DNA of 64,000 nt from the NCBI RefSeq assembly GCF_004010195.1, contig NC_057718.1, forward strand, positions 6,653,068-6,717,067. The letters are read 5' to 3'. Positions 25,230-36,754 of the stretch are shown here, in pieces. How positions within the stretch are numbered: the stretch's first letter is position 1; each line of letters opens with the position of its first letter. The position numbers and the translations under genes were made by a program. Below the pieces are notes generated by a model. The model searched no databases, was not told where the DNA came from, and saw only the letters and a program-made list of their open reading frames with translations. Source of the stretch: Chiloscyllium plagiosum. Taxonomy: Eukaryota.

Positions 25230-25265
<36 letters not shown>
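25230..25265. repeat. (GA)n microsatellite
   Basis: Direct reading. Confidence 0.95.
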
Positions 25266-25269
<4 letters not shown>

Positions 25270-25359
25270 AAAAGGGTTGACTGACACAAAGAGATTACTG
25301 ATGACAAGCCAGTGAAGAAGAAAAGCAAGACAGTTGATAATTGGGACTGTTGTTTGTTG

Positions 25360-25570
25360 TCGTCATAGTCTTACCAGATCATAGGAGTTTCTGTCTTATT
25401 AGAGAGAGAGAGAAGTGACTCGTGATGGTTTAAACTGAGGGCTACTTGACCTCAGGCGAGGGAAGAAGCTGAAAAGGAGAGTCTTTCATGGTAACCTCAA
25501 ACCGGTGATGGGAATTGAACCCACATTTGAACCGGTGATGGGAATTGGCATCACACTGCTCTGTAAATGA
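25360..25570 (-). mobile_element. tRNA-derived SINE (window family S3)
   Basis: Reverse complement of the element at 37520-37735; B box seen as ggaattgaaccc. Confidence 0.65.
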
Positions 25571-25577
25571 GCAGTGG

Positions 25578-25842
25578 GAAATCATAGAATCCGTACAGAG
25601 CAGAAAGAGGTCGTTCAGCCATTGAGTCTGCTTTGGACCTCCAAAGAACATCCTAGCCAAACCCACCTCCCACTCTATCCTCATAGCCCTGTATTAGCCA
25701 TGGTTTATCCACCTAGCCTGGACACTTTGGGCAATTTCCCATGGCTAACCTACCTGACCTGCACATCTTTGGATTATGGGAGGAAACTGGAGCACCCGGA
25801 GGAAATCCACGCAGACACGGCGAGAATGTGCAAACTCTATAC
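25578..25842 (-). mobile_element. HE1-type SINE lacking its 5' head
   Basis: cctgcacatctttggattatgggaggaaactggagcacccggaggaaatccacgcagacac; cut at the PLE end at 25843. Confidence 0.88.
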
Positions 25843-25934
25843 GTGATGGGGAGGAGCCGGTGTTGGATTGGAATGGACAGAGCTAAAAATCACACAACAC
25901 CAGGTTACAATCCAACAAGTTTATTCTGAAGCAT

Positions 25935-25963
25935 TAGCTTTTGGAGCGTCGCTCCTTCATCAG
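25935..25963 (-). ncRNA. Hammerhead-like motif, family C (GAAA mutated to AAAA)
   Basis: CUGAUGA-A-GGAGC-GAC-GCUCC-AAAA-GCUA; 5-bp stem II intact. Confidence 0.6.
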
Positions 25964-26304
25964 GTGGTTGTGGAGGTTAGGATCATGCTCACAGAATTTA
26001 TAGCCAAATGTGTCCACTGTTATGGAGATGTGATACAGTAAGCAATCTTAGAGTAAAACTTTCATCTTTTATAACGGAGTACGCTGGTTTCTGTTCTTCA
26101 ACATAAATCACAGAACTTCTTTCAAGTTACATTCTCAAGGTAGGTCAGCTTTTTAAACACTAGGTGTGAAGTCTGTCTGTGTCCCAATGCTATACCAGAC
26201 TGACAAACCCTCTGGATAGTTTTACAGAGTTTCACATGGATTCATGCAGCTTTTGAGCAAAATAAATGTAAATTCTGCAAAAACAAATTCACCCCATAAG
26301 CTTA

Positions 26305-26712
26305 TATGTGTGCATATGTCGGAGCGATAGATTGAATGTGCATGTGAGTGTGTGGGTGTGAGTGCATGTGATAGGGTGTGTGCGTGTATATATGTGAGTG
26401 TGTAAGCTTGGCAATGGGGTGAATGCAATGGGGTATGTGTGAGAGTGTGTGTGTGTTGGTGTGAGCGTGGGGTGTGTGTGTGTGCATATGAGAGAGAGCT
26501 TGTGCATGAGGGAGAGTCTGCATGTTTGTGTGTGTGTGCGTGTGTTTGTGTGCCCATGTGTGTGCACATGTGTGTGTGCGTGTGTCTGTGTGCACGTGTG
26601 TGTCTGTGTGTTTGTGTGTGTGCACGTGTCTGTGTGTGTGCGTGTCTGTGTCTGTGAGCACGTGTGTGTGTGTGTGTATGTGTGCATGTGTGTGTGTGTA
26701 TGTGTGTGTGTA
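26305..26712. repeat. Degenerate (TG)n tract inside the PLE 3' UTR
   Basis: Direct reading; it generates the His/Thr and Cys/Val artefact ORFs. Confidence 0.95.
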
Positions 26713-27534
26713 GTGCAGTGGGGTCACTTGTAATGTGATATGAACCTAACGTCTTAGGTAAGGCCATTCCCATGATACCAAAGTTTGCTATCAGCTTCTG
26801 CTCGGTCACTGTGCGTTGTTGTTTGTCCCAAAGTCCGCCTTGGAGGATGGTCACCCAAAGATCTGAGTCTGAATGTCCCAGACCACTGAAGTGTTCTCCA
26901 ACTGGGAGGGAACACGCCTGCCTGGTGATTGTTGCGCGGCGTCCATTCATCTACTGTCGTAGCGTCTACCTGGTCTCATCAATGTACCATGCCTCAGGTC
27001 ATCCTTGCCTGCAGCATATGAGATAGACAATGTTGGCCAAGTCACATGAGTATCTGCCACATACATGGTGGGAGGTGTCCCCATGTGTAATGGTGTAAGC
27101 CTTTGTTGTCCAGTACTTCCTGGGAGCCGAGCGACTACACCATCCTCTTCATAGTCTGCAATACATTATCGATGCAAACACATTATCAACACTCTATCAG
27201 AGAAGGCTAAATAAGTTGAGGTCTTTAGCTAGAAAAGAGAAGAGCAAGGATAATCTACTGAAGGTATTTAATATGTTGGAGAGGATTGACAGGGGAGATA
27301 GAGTGAGAATATTTCAAATTAATGATTTTTTCACCATTTAAGATACTCCTCAGAGTTTAGGGGGACGTGAGAGCTTAGTGTTGTCCTCTCTTGACTATTG
27401 TCTAGGCAATGTTCTGGGATGCCAGGTTCAAATCCTGCCTTGGTAGATGGTGGAATTTAAATTCAATAAAGTTTAAAGATAGGTGCAAGAACAGATAGTG
27501 TTGAGGAAGAAGGGAGGCTGTAGAAGGACCTGCT

Positions 27535-27660
27535 GGAGAGTCCTGCCTGAAATATCAACTCTCCTCCTCTACCTTGGTTGCTGCCTAACCTGCTGTGCTT
27601 TTCCCAGCTCCACACTTTACTGACTGACTCTCCGGCATCTACAGTCCTCGCTATCTCCTC
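27535..27660 (+). mobile_element. PLE family A terminal repeat fragment
   Basis: gcctgaaatatcaactctcct...gctgcctaacctgctgtgcttttcccagc...ctccggcatctacagtcctcgctatctcc. Confidence 0.75.
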
Positions 27661-27767
27661 GGCTGCAGAAGAAGTTGTACAAGTTGGGAGAGTGGGCAGA
27701 AAAGTGGCAGATGGAATACAAAGTGGGAAGTGTGAGGTTATGCCCATTGGTAGGAAGAATAGAGGCA

Positions 27768-28325
27768 CAGCAGAACCTTGATTATCCGAACGAGATGGGC
27801 AGGGGGTATTTTGTTCGGATAATTGATCATTTGGATAATCAGTCTGATTGTAAACAAGTGGTAATTTGAATGCCGGTTATCGAACATACCTCAGGTATCT
27901 GGCAATGACGCCATAATGCCGTTTAAGTGATAACTGAACGTTGAGTTGCCTGATGCCATTTTTACAGGACCTTGAGAAGTTGTTCGGATAATTGATTACA
28001 ATTCCCTACAGTGCGGAAACAGGTCCTTCAGCCCAACAAGTCCACACCCACCCTCCGAAGAGAAACACACCCAGATCCATTCCCCTACATTTACCCCTGA
28101 CTAATGCACCTATCAATATGGGCAATTGAGCATGGCCAATACACCTGACCCACATATCTTTGGATTGTGGGAGGAAACCGGAGCACCCGGAGGAATCCCA
28201 CGCAGACACGGGGAGAACATGCAAATTTCACATAGACTGTCGCCCAAGCTGGAATTGAACCCGGGTCCCTGGCGCTGTGAGGCAGCAGTGCTCAAATTGA
28301 TATTCGGATAATTGAGGTTGGCCTG
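27768..28325. mobile_element. Tc1/mariner (Tigger-like) MITE containing a SINE
   Basis: TIRs cagcagaaccttgattatccgaa / ttcggataattgaggttggcctg followed by TA; internal ttcggataatt repeats; the CR1 flanks rejoin across it. Confidence 0.75.
27998..28292 (-). mobile_element. HE1-type SINE
   Basis: Near full-length match to 680-967. Confidence 0.9.
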
Positions 28326-28394
28326 TATAGACTATTTCCTAAATGTAGAAAGGCTTCAGAAATTTGAAGCACAAAGGGACTTAGGAGATTAAAT

Positions 28395-28595
28395 GATGGG
28401 CCATTGTCCGGGAAGTACTCACGATGTTCATTAATGCCCTTTCGGGAAGGAAATCTGCCCTCCTTTCTGGTCTGGCCTGCATGTGACACCAGACTCATGG
28501 CAACATGGTTGACTTTTAACTGCCCTCTGGACAATTAGGAATGGGCAATAACTATTAGCCTAGGTGGCGACACCCAGATCAAAATGAATAAAAAG
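28395..28595 (+). mobile_element. SINE family S2, 3' half
   Basis: gggaaggaaatctgccc...ggtctggcctgcatgtgac...aactgccctctgg...aatgaataaaaa. Confidence 0.7.
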
Positions 28596-29699
28596 AGAAC
28601 AAGATCTAATTGAGATATATAAGATGCTAAAGGGGATTGACAAAGTTGGTGTAGAGAATGCAACTACATGAGGTTAAGAGGTCATGGTTTTGCGATAAGG
28701 GATAACAGATTTAAGGCAGAGATAAGGAGGAATGACTTCTCCCAAAGGCTCATGAATCTGTGGAATCCACTTCACGAAAAGTGTGCGGAGACTTGGGATA
28801 AGTTTAAGGAGTTGTCAGGCAGATTTTTAAAATTCATAATGGATAAGGATGAGCGGAGTTGAGGCAGGAAAGTGGAGTTGAGGCTGAAATGAGAAAGCTG
28901 CAATCATGTTAAATGGTGGAGCAGTCTCGAGGGGCTGAATGGCCTCCTCCTGCTCCCAGTTTTTATGTAATATAGCAAAATCAAATCTACTCCACGCTCT
29001 TGTGGTCAAAATGACCAAAAATGCCAGACTGTGTGAAAAAGATCCAATATGCTGTGTATACTGAGGTATCAAATGCAACAGCAGTTTCTCCTCAAGACTG
29101 GCAGTCAATGAGTGAAATGTCACAGCCAAATGTAAGCTGTGGAAGTTAATTGTATGTGAAAGCATTACACTGAACCCATTGTCTAAAGTACCCTGCTGTG
29201 TATCAACAGCGAGCACTGAATGACTGCATCATCTGGTCGAATGTTAACCACATGTCGTGATGGCAAGCATGAAATAAATAACCCACAATTCTGTCAAATA
29301 TTTATTCATAATATATAGTGATTACCCAGAGAATCTCTGAGTCAGGACAAATTCCATTCAGCGACTAAGAGTGGATAGAAATTTCCACTAAACCTGAAAG
29401 ATATTCCAGGAAAATTAACTTAATTGCTCCTATGAGTCTCACTAAGTAATTTCCTCCTTGTTCACATAGATTCTTAAAAGGCACCAGGTGGAGGATGTGA
29501 AATGCTTGTACCACTGATGAATTCCAATCCAGATCAAATGGGCACGTGCAACCCCTCTTAGCCTGAATGTGTGCTTCACTGCTCCATTTTATATCAATGT
29601 TGGCCAACATATTTATTGTAACACGTGCCTTGATTGTTCCTTTAGTCCGTAGCTTTCTCACTTCCCTCTTCACCTTTAAGTCCCTCTTTATGAGGCAGG

Positions 29700-30035
29700 G
29701 AAGGGAAGGCCTAGTGGGATTAATGTAGGGACTCCGATAACATTCCACGGATCCAGGTTCCAATCCTCCCACGGGAGATGGTCGAATTTGAACCCAACAA
29801 AACAAAATCATGGATTTGGAGGTCTAATGATGACCATGAACCCATTGTCAATTGTTGGGGAAAACCCCATGTGGTTCACTCATGTCTTTTTGGGAAGGAA
29901 ACTGCTATCCTTACCTGGTCTGGCCTACACATAGATCCAGAGTCACAGCGATGTGGTTGACTACTAACTACCCTCTGGGCAAAAGAAATTCTGCCCCACC
30001 AGTGATGTCCACAGCCTGTGAATGAATAAAGAAAA
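29700..30035 (+). mobile_element. SINE family S2
   Basis: ggttccaatcc B box; ctaatgatgaccatgaa...ggaaactgctatccttacctggtctggcctaca...gaatgaataaa. Confidence 0.75.
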
Positions 30036-30529
30036 TAAAAGTCTCTGATCAATTTTACAGCTATCCATCAACAAGGAGAGACATTGCTGCAGATGCTGGA
30101 AGTCTGGATCAAAAACAACAAGCGCTGGAAATACTCTGGTGGTACATGTTGAGGTAGAACCAGACTTGAAGCTTCAAGTCTTTGACTTTTCACCAGACAC
30201 GGGGAGTGAGTTTGAAATATAGGTTTTGAGTGATTTGGCGGACAGGTAAGGCCAGCAGAAGGAACAAGAGGAAAGGTCTATCACAGATCACAGGCTTGCC
30301 TCAGTGTCTTCTTTGGTTCAGAACCAACTAAATCTCTGTGAAGTGCCGTGGTGATGGGTAATGATGGTGAAGAAGAGTTATGGCTCATCACAAATGAACA
30401 ATTAGAATTGGTGGGTGTACATTGGGTCAGGAATGGCCTGCCTATACTTTCAACAAAAGATGTAGGCAACCGGGGACTGAGCCAGCATTCCTAGCAGCCC
30501 TGAGTAGTTGGAGCAATCCTTGGGGTATA

Positions 30530-31030
30530 GGGACATTCCCAGTGCTGTTAGGACTCTGTGACCCTTGAGGAATAGTGATATTATTCCATGTCAGGATGGT
30601 ATGTGGCTTGGAGGGAAAATTGCAGGGGGTGGCGCAGGCAAGACTCGAGTGGTATTATCACTGGACTGCTAATCTCAAGACATAGGCAATGTTCTGGAGA
30701 CCCGGGTTCAAATCCTGGCACAGCAGATTTGGAAGTTGAATACAATAAAAATCTGGAATTAAGAGTCCAATGATGACCATGAATTGATTGTTTATTGTTG
30801 GAAAAACCCATTGATGGCCTTTCGGGAGAGAAACTGCCTAGACTGGCCTAGAAGTGACTCCAGACCCACAGCAATGTGGTTGACTCTTAACTGCCCTCTG
30901 AGCAATTAGAGGTGGACAATAAATACTGGCCTAGCCAGTGACGCCCTCTTCCTGTAAATGAGTGACAAAAACATGCCCCCATGCATCTACTGTCCTTGTC
31001 CTTCTAGGAGGTGATTGTGATTTGCAAGGT
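30530..31030 (-). mobile_element. L2/CR1-group LINE fragment split by a SINE
   Basis: 30530-30632 and 30973-31030 are collinear with the fragment at 38300-38540. Confidence 0.55.
30635..30971 (+). mobile_element. SINE family S2, near full length
   Basis: gtggtattatcactggactgctaatc...gacccgggttcaaatcc (tRNA-like head), conserved body and A-rich end. Confidence 0.8.
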
Positions 31031-31179
31031 GCTGTCGAAGCAGCCTAAATCTTTAATCTGAATTCTCTCATCTGCTGATGAGAGCTCCTCATGGTTCAGG
31101 GCAGCAAAGGGCTCTTATGGTCCAACACATTCTCTCAAATGTTGAAAATGCTCACAATTTGCCCTGTACACAGTTTCAC

Positions 31180-31890
31180 AAATGAATGGTCATTTTACAC
31201 CTTGAGTATTGCGTCCAGTTTCGATCTTCTTGCTTGAGAAGGGATGTGGTGGCACTGGAGGCAGTTCAGAGGAGGGTCACCAGGTTGTTTCCAAAGATGA
31301 AAGAGTGCTCATACAACAAGCAGTTGAATAGCTTGCGCTCATACTCCCTGGAGAATGAGGGGGGGGGGGGGGGCTTGATTGAGGGATAGAAAATCCTAAA
31401 GGGGGTTGATAAAGTGGATATTGAGCAGATGTTTCCCGTTGTGAGACAGTCTCGAACAAGAGGGAGAGGAGGTAGATTGAAAGCTGTGGTGAGGAGAAAC
31501 TGAATCGGTGGAGTTTACTGCCACAGAGTGCAGTAGAGGCAGCATCAATCAACAGATTCAAGACCTTTATTTCTTTTCCATTTAATTTTATTTTTCTGCC
31601 TTCACATTCTATGTTTTGGTTCATCTGTCTGTGTTCATAGATTGGCAGCACAATACAATACTTTTCACTGTATTTTGTAACAAAATGGCACATGATAATC
31701 AATCAATAAATAGATAAATCAAATAAATTAAAAATTTGATATGTTTCCAATGAAATGTGAGATACAGGGCTCCATGGAGGAGGCAGGAAAATGGAGTCGA
31801 GACCAGGATAAGATCATCCGTGATTGTGTTAAATGGAGGAGTGGGCTCGAAGGCTGTGTTGCATATTACTGCTCCGAATCATTATGTTCT
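31180..31890 (+). mobile_element. Degenerate CR1 3' region with an unrelated insert at ~31570-31735
   Basis: HLEYCVQFRSSCLRRDVVALEAVQRRVTRL; tail at 31760-31890. Confidence 0.75.
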
Positions 31891-32004
31891 TGTGTGGTTT
31901 TCAACATTATACCGCTCTGATATGTTTATCCTTCAATTTTATCTGTTAGCAAGATGCTTCCCAGTATCTCGTTGAATCACAACACTGTCTGCCCCCAATG
32001 TCTT

Positions 32005-32102
32005 ATGATGTGGAGGTGCCGGTGTTGGACAAAGTTAAAAATCACACAACAGCAGCGCTCCAAAAGCTTCTACTATCAAATAAACCTGTTGGACTATAAT
32101 CT
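32005..32102. mobile_element. PLE family C fold-back remnant
   Basis: Left part matches 25843-25900 (ggtgttgga...aaaaatcacacaac); right part gctccaaaagct...aataaacctgttggactataa is the reverse complement of 25905-25947. Confidence 0.7.
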
Positions 32103-32374
32103 CTTATCTTAGGTAGCCAAACAAGAAACTGGAAGAACACAGACTAGCCTTCAGTTTGTCTATTTCAGTTTCCAGCATCTGCAGTTTTTTTGTCTCACTC
32201 CTATTATCTTCCCATGTATTCTACACCTAAAATTATTGAATCACTTGGCACAAATATAATCCATTCAACTCAAAGTGTTTAAATACCAGTAAGGTCTCCT
32301 CCCATTCTAGCTACCTCATTTCAGTCTTTCAATATCTCTTTTACACGTGTACTCATTTACTTTGTTCGGGAGAG

Positions 32375-32675
32375 AATCCCTACTTTGTGGAAACAGGCCC
32401 TTAGGCCCAATCAACCCTCTAAAGAGTATCCCACCCAGACCCATTCCTCTGTTACTCCACATTTCCCCTGACTAATGCATGTAGTCTACACATCAGAAAA
32501 ACACTATGTGAAATTTCGCTTGGCCAATTCACATCTTTGGTCTGTGGGAGGAAGTCCATGCAGACATGAGGAGAACGTGCAAACTCCACACAGACAGTCA
32601 TCCGAGGCTGGAATCGAACCCAGCTCCCTGGCGCTGTGAGGCAACAGTGCCAACCACTGAGTCACTATGCCACTA
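32375..32675 (-). mobile_element. HE1-type SINE
   Basis: gtggaaacaggcccttaggccc...caaactccacacagacagtca...ggcgctgtgaggcaacagtg. Confidence 0.88.
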
Positions 32676-33036
32676 TGACTTTGTCTCTAGAATTTCCTAT
32701 GATAGTGGATATTACATTCCAACCAACAAGTATGAAATTTCTCCCAATTTCCTGATTGGATTATTGGGAACTCACTTGTCTTTATGGATCCTGACTCTGG
32801 ATTTTTCCGTAGTGGAAACATTCTCTCTGCATCTAACGTGCTCAGCCCTTCTGTAGTTGGAAATCAAATCACTTTCCATTTCTGAAGGAAAATGTCACAA
32901 CCAGGCCAATCTATTCCAATAGGCAGTAAGCTTTTGGTTTGTTTTGTGTGGAATGTGATAGCATCTATCACATTGCGATAGCATGGAATTTATAAATAGA
33001 CCACGACGCAGAGAGTGTGGCACAACATACTAACAG

Positions 33037-33236
33037 GAAGAAAACCAGAAATCGCTGGAGGAACTCAGCAGGTCTGGCAGCATCTGTGGACAGAAAGCAG
33101 AGTGTGCATTTTGGGTCCATTTCTGGAGAAGGATCACAGGGTCCCGAAATGTTAATTCTGCTTTGTCTTCACAGACTTGTTGGATTTCTCCAGCAATTTG
33201 TTCCAGATTTCCAGCATCCGCAATTCTTTGTTTCAT
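33037..33236 (+). mobile_element. PLE family B fold-back mini-element
   Basis: Inverted arms agaaatcgctggaggaactc...agaaagcagag / ttctgctttgtc...ttctccagcaattt with right-side tail ttccagcatccgca; degenerate ctggagaagg...cccgaaatgtta core. Confidence 0.7.
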
Positions 33237-33389
33237 CATATCAACTGAAAGAATAGCTTAGTTCACAAGAAGTGGGAGTGAGGCACAACACACTCGTAAT
33301 AATTATTGAAATGTTGCTGTATGTCAGATTTTCTCTAGATTGGACAATTTACACATATCCCGTCCATGCAGCTACAAAGGGTTTGAAAA

Positions 33390-33500
33390 GGGGAGCAGTG
33401 GTAATGTCCATTCTTGTGGGCCAGTGGACCCTGGTTCAAATCCCAGCTGCCCCAGAGCTGTGTAATAATATCTCTTGTTGGGTTGATCAGAAAATATCTT
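33390..33500 (+). mobile_element. Short tRNA-like SINE (family S4)
   Basis: gcagtggtaatgtcc...ggttcaaatccc...gtgtaataatatctct; reverse of 14430-14580. Confidence 0.55.
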
Positions 33501-34679
33501 AGAGAGCTGTCAGCTTTGTGCATTAGTTTCATACAAGGCAGTCACTGGAGGAACAGCCTTTTACAATCCCAGAGCAACAGCTCCATATAAATTCAAGCAG
33601 ACCATTGCCTTTATTACAAACTACGGGACATTTGTAGAATATTAAACTCATAATTACAACTTCATGAGAATATTATGCTTGACACGGAGCACGAATGAAC
33701 AAAGGGATGTGGAATATTTGGCCTCCCTTTCATAGACAGCAAGCCTTACATAACACTCAATATTTATTTTATAAAATTGGATTGTATCCCTTATTTATCT
33801 GTGGCTTTGGCATTATCTCGGGTGTGTGTGGGTTTAATTTATCCATCCCATAAAGTCTGTGCACCAACAAATGATGCTAACATTTAGTTGCCAATGCGGG
33901 GACCGGAGAGAGAAAACTAAAAGAAAGATTGACCTATCTCATTCTCTCTGCCCTTCACCCAAGTACCCAATCTGGGCCAATCTATTCCCTCCTTCGATGC
34001 TCTTTCTTCCACACGGGCACACATGTTGCCTGAGCACTCCCTCTGCATGTGTGAACATAAGGATGCATCATGTTCTTCTAAAATGGCGGTGGCAGAGTAA
34101 GCATCATCCAGGCTCCTGTGCCCAAGGCCTGTCCAATCTGTCTGTTTTACTTTTTCTTTCTCTTATTTTCTTTTTACATTTACTTTTCTTTTATCTTTTT
34201 TGTGGAGGAAGGCGATAGGAAGGTGGTCCTTCAGCGTCCGGAGGGTGGTGGCAATGGCTGGAGGGCCTGAGGCAGGACTCTGGAAGCAGCGTTGAGTTGA
34301 TGGAGGAGCAGGCACAGGGACCGGTATTGGTTGCCACATTGGCAGAAGCTTCAGGCAATGAGGTGGTTTCATCCTGGCATCTGGTGGCCTGATGTGGTTC
34401 CTTTGGGTGGCTTTCATGACATCTTCCTCCCTGGCATTGGGGAACGGGATTGGTCCCTGGGCAGTTTCTACAGGATATTGTGGTGCAGTATTCCAATGGC
34501 CTGGCAGTCTGACAATGCTGTTGTCTTTTCCCGAATCCAGGAGCCTTGGTTTGAACTAAGATGGTCTTTGTCTTAATTTGTTTTTCTATGTTTTCTGTCA
34601 TTAATATAGGTCCCGCGTTATGGTGACCTAAACACCTTTTATTGTTCTTTGTTTGTAAAAAAATACAAGTGAAATAAAT

Positions 34680-35937
34680 GACTACTCCCAGCTCCACACC
34701 CACACCAGATCCCAGCTCCCAGCCCTGCTGAGTTTTCACTATCTCTCCAGACCTTCCCCTCACTGAGGACGAACGATCAGTCCTCAGCAAAGGACTCACC
34801 TTCATCCCCCTCCGTCCACGCATCAATGAATATAATACATGCCGTGACATCGAACACTTCTTCCGCTGCCTCCGCCTCCGAGCTTACTTTCACAATCAGG
34901 ACTCCCGCCCACCTTCCGAGGACTCCTTCGCCCACCTCCAACACACTACATCCACCTGGACACCCCGCGCTGGCCTATTACCTGCCCTCGACCTCTTCAT
35001 TTCCAACTGCCGCCGGGACATTAACCGCCTCAACCTGTCGACCCCCCTCCCCCACTCCAACCTCTCACCCTCACAACGCGCAGCCCTCCAATCCCTCTGC
35101 TCCAATCCTGACCTCACCATCAAGCCAGCGGACAAAGGGGGCGCAGTGGTAGTCTGGCGCACTGACCCCTACATCGCTGAAGCCAAACGCCAACTCGAGG
35201 ACACATCTTCCTACCGCCCCCTTGACCATGACCCCACCCCCAACACCAAACCATTATCTCCCAGACCATACAGAACCTCATCACCTCAGGAGATCTCCCA
35301 CCCACAGCTTCCAACCTCATAGTCCGGGAACCCCGCACTGCCCGGTTCTACCCCCTNNNNNNNNNNNNNNNNNNNNNNNNNNNNNNNNNNNNNNNNNNNN
35401 NNNNNNNNNNNNNNNNNNNNNNNNNNNNNNNNNNNNNNNNNNNNNNNNNNNNNNNNNNNNNNNNNNNNNNNNNNNNNNNNNNNNNNNNNNNNNNNNNNNN
35501 NNNNNNNNNNNNNNNNNNNNNNNNNNNNNNNNNNNNNNNNNNNNNNNNNNNNNNNNNNNNNNNNNNNNNNNNNNNNNNNNNNNNNNNNNNNNNNNNNNNN
35601 NNNNNNNNNNNNNNNNNNNNNNNNNNNNNNNNNNNNNNNNNNNNNNNNNNNNNNNNNNNNNNNNNNNNNNNNNNNNNNNNNNNNNNNNNNNNNNNNAGCA
35701 ATTCATCAACTTCACCCACACATTCCACCGTGACCTTAAATTTACCTGGACCATCTCTGACACCTCCCTCCCCTTCCTGGACCTCTCCATCTCCATTAAT
35801 GACGACCGGCTTGACACTGACATTTTTTACAAACCCACCGACTCCCACAGCTACCTGGATTACACCTCTTCCCACCCTACCTCTTGCAAAAATGCCATCC
35901 CGTATTCCCAATTCCTCCGCCTCCGCCATATCTGCAT
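34680..35937 (+). mobile_element. Penelope-like element RT region (family A type), spans a gap
   Basis: VFTISPDLPLTEDERSVLSKGLTFIP...IKPADKGGAVVVWRTD before the gap; QFINFTHTFHRDLKFTWTISDTSLPFLDLSISI...FYKPTDSHSYLDYTSSHP...IPYSQFLRLRHIC after it. Confidence 0.93.
35357..35696. other. Assembly gap (340 N)
   Basis: Run of N inside the PLE RT. Confidence 1.
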
Positions 35938-36754
35938 CACTTGACCCAGTAACTCTTTATGGGATCCAAGCTGTGTTCGACTGAACTCATATGAGCTGTT
36001 TTATTATGTTCAGGGTGCTATATAAATGCGGGCTGTCACCTGTTGTTGGTACAAGCTGAGGGAAGAATGCAAGCCAAGTCAGGAGAAAAATCGCTGCCTT
36101 GTTGAATCTTGCCACAGTAGGAAAATGTTCATTCTTCAATTAACCAAACAGCATCTCTTAGTCCATCAGCACTGCACCGAACGATTAATCTTTATTTATA
36201 AATGATTATGGAAATGATACTCAGTTTTTGGATTTTCCCTCAGTTAGACAACTTACACATATCTCAACCATGATTCCACGGAGGTTTTGAAATGTGATAA
36301 TACGCCTACTTGTACATTGCACCACAGTGAATGGGATGATTAATTGAATGTACGTTGAACGGTTAATCTCCATTCCTTAATGAACAATTGAACAACCTTC
36401 AGGCTCAGAGGTAAGGATACAGCCATTTGAATCAGGGAAACGAAACAGAGGTCAGTTTTGGCCTGTCCCACTAGTGCCATGAAAGAAAACCACCACATCA
36501 GCACCAATTCCTCTATGATTCCATAAGGTAATCATGCATGCTCCAAAAGATGGCAAAGGAATGCATTTTCACTGCATATTTCAGTCATTTATTCCAGGGA
36601 GTGGTGACAGTGGAGCCAAATGGATTCTAATGCCATTAGCCAATCATACAGTGGGTGCTTGTAAGCTATTCAGCAATGGGAAAGTTTACAATGTAAATCC
36701 ATCCCCCAACAGTACAGTTCAGATTGTGGTGTTAAACCTGGTGGAATGTCTCAA

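Larger units (their letters stand above)
25843..27096 (-). mobile_element. PLE family C 3' part (GIY-YIG, CA-rich UTR, terminal repeat)
   Basis: Minus strand GRYSCDLANIVYLICCRQG*PEAWYIDET...MNGRRATI...LPVGEHFSGLGHS...EQKLIANF; hammerhead-like motif at 25963-25935. Confidence 0.85.
27480..28970 (+). mobile_element. Fragmented CR1-clade LINE hosting nested insertions
   Basis: Pieces: KLGEWAEKWQMEYKVGKCEVMPIGRKN-like at 27675-27767, continuation at 28326-28390, and 3' end at 28596-28970. Confidence 0.75.

Noticed and set aside
26222..26950. 242-aa ORF as a host gene
   Set aside because: The N-terminus is a PLE GIY-YIG remnant with upstream stops; the rest is TG/CA repeat.
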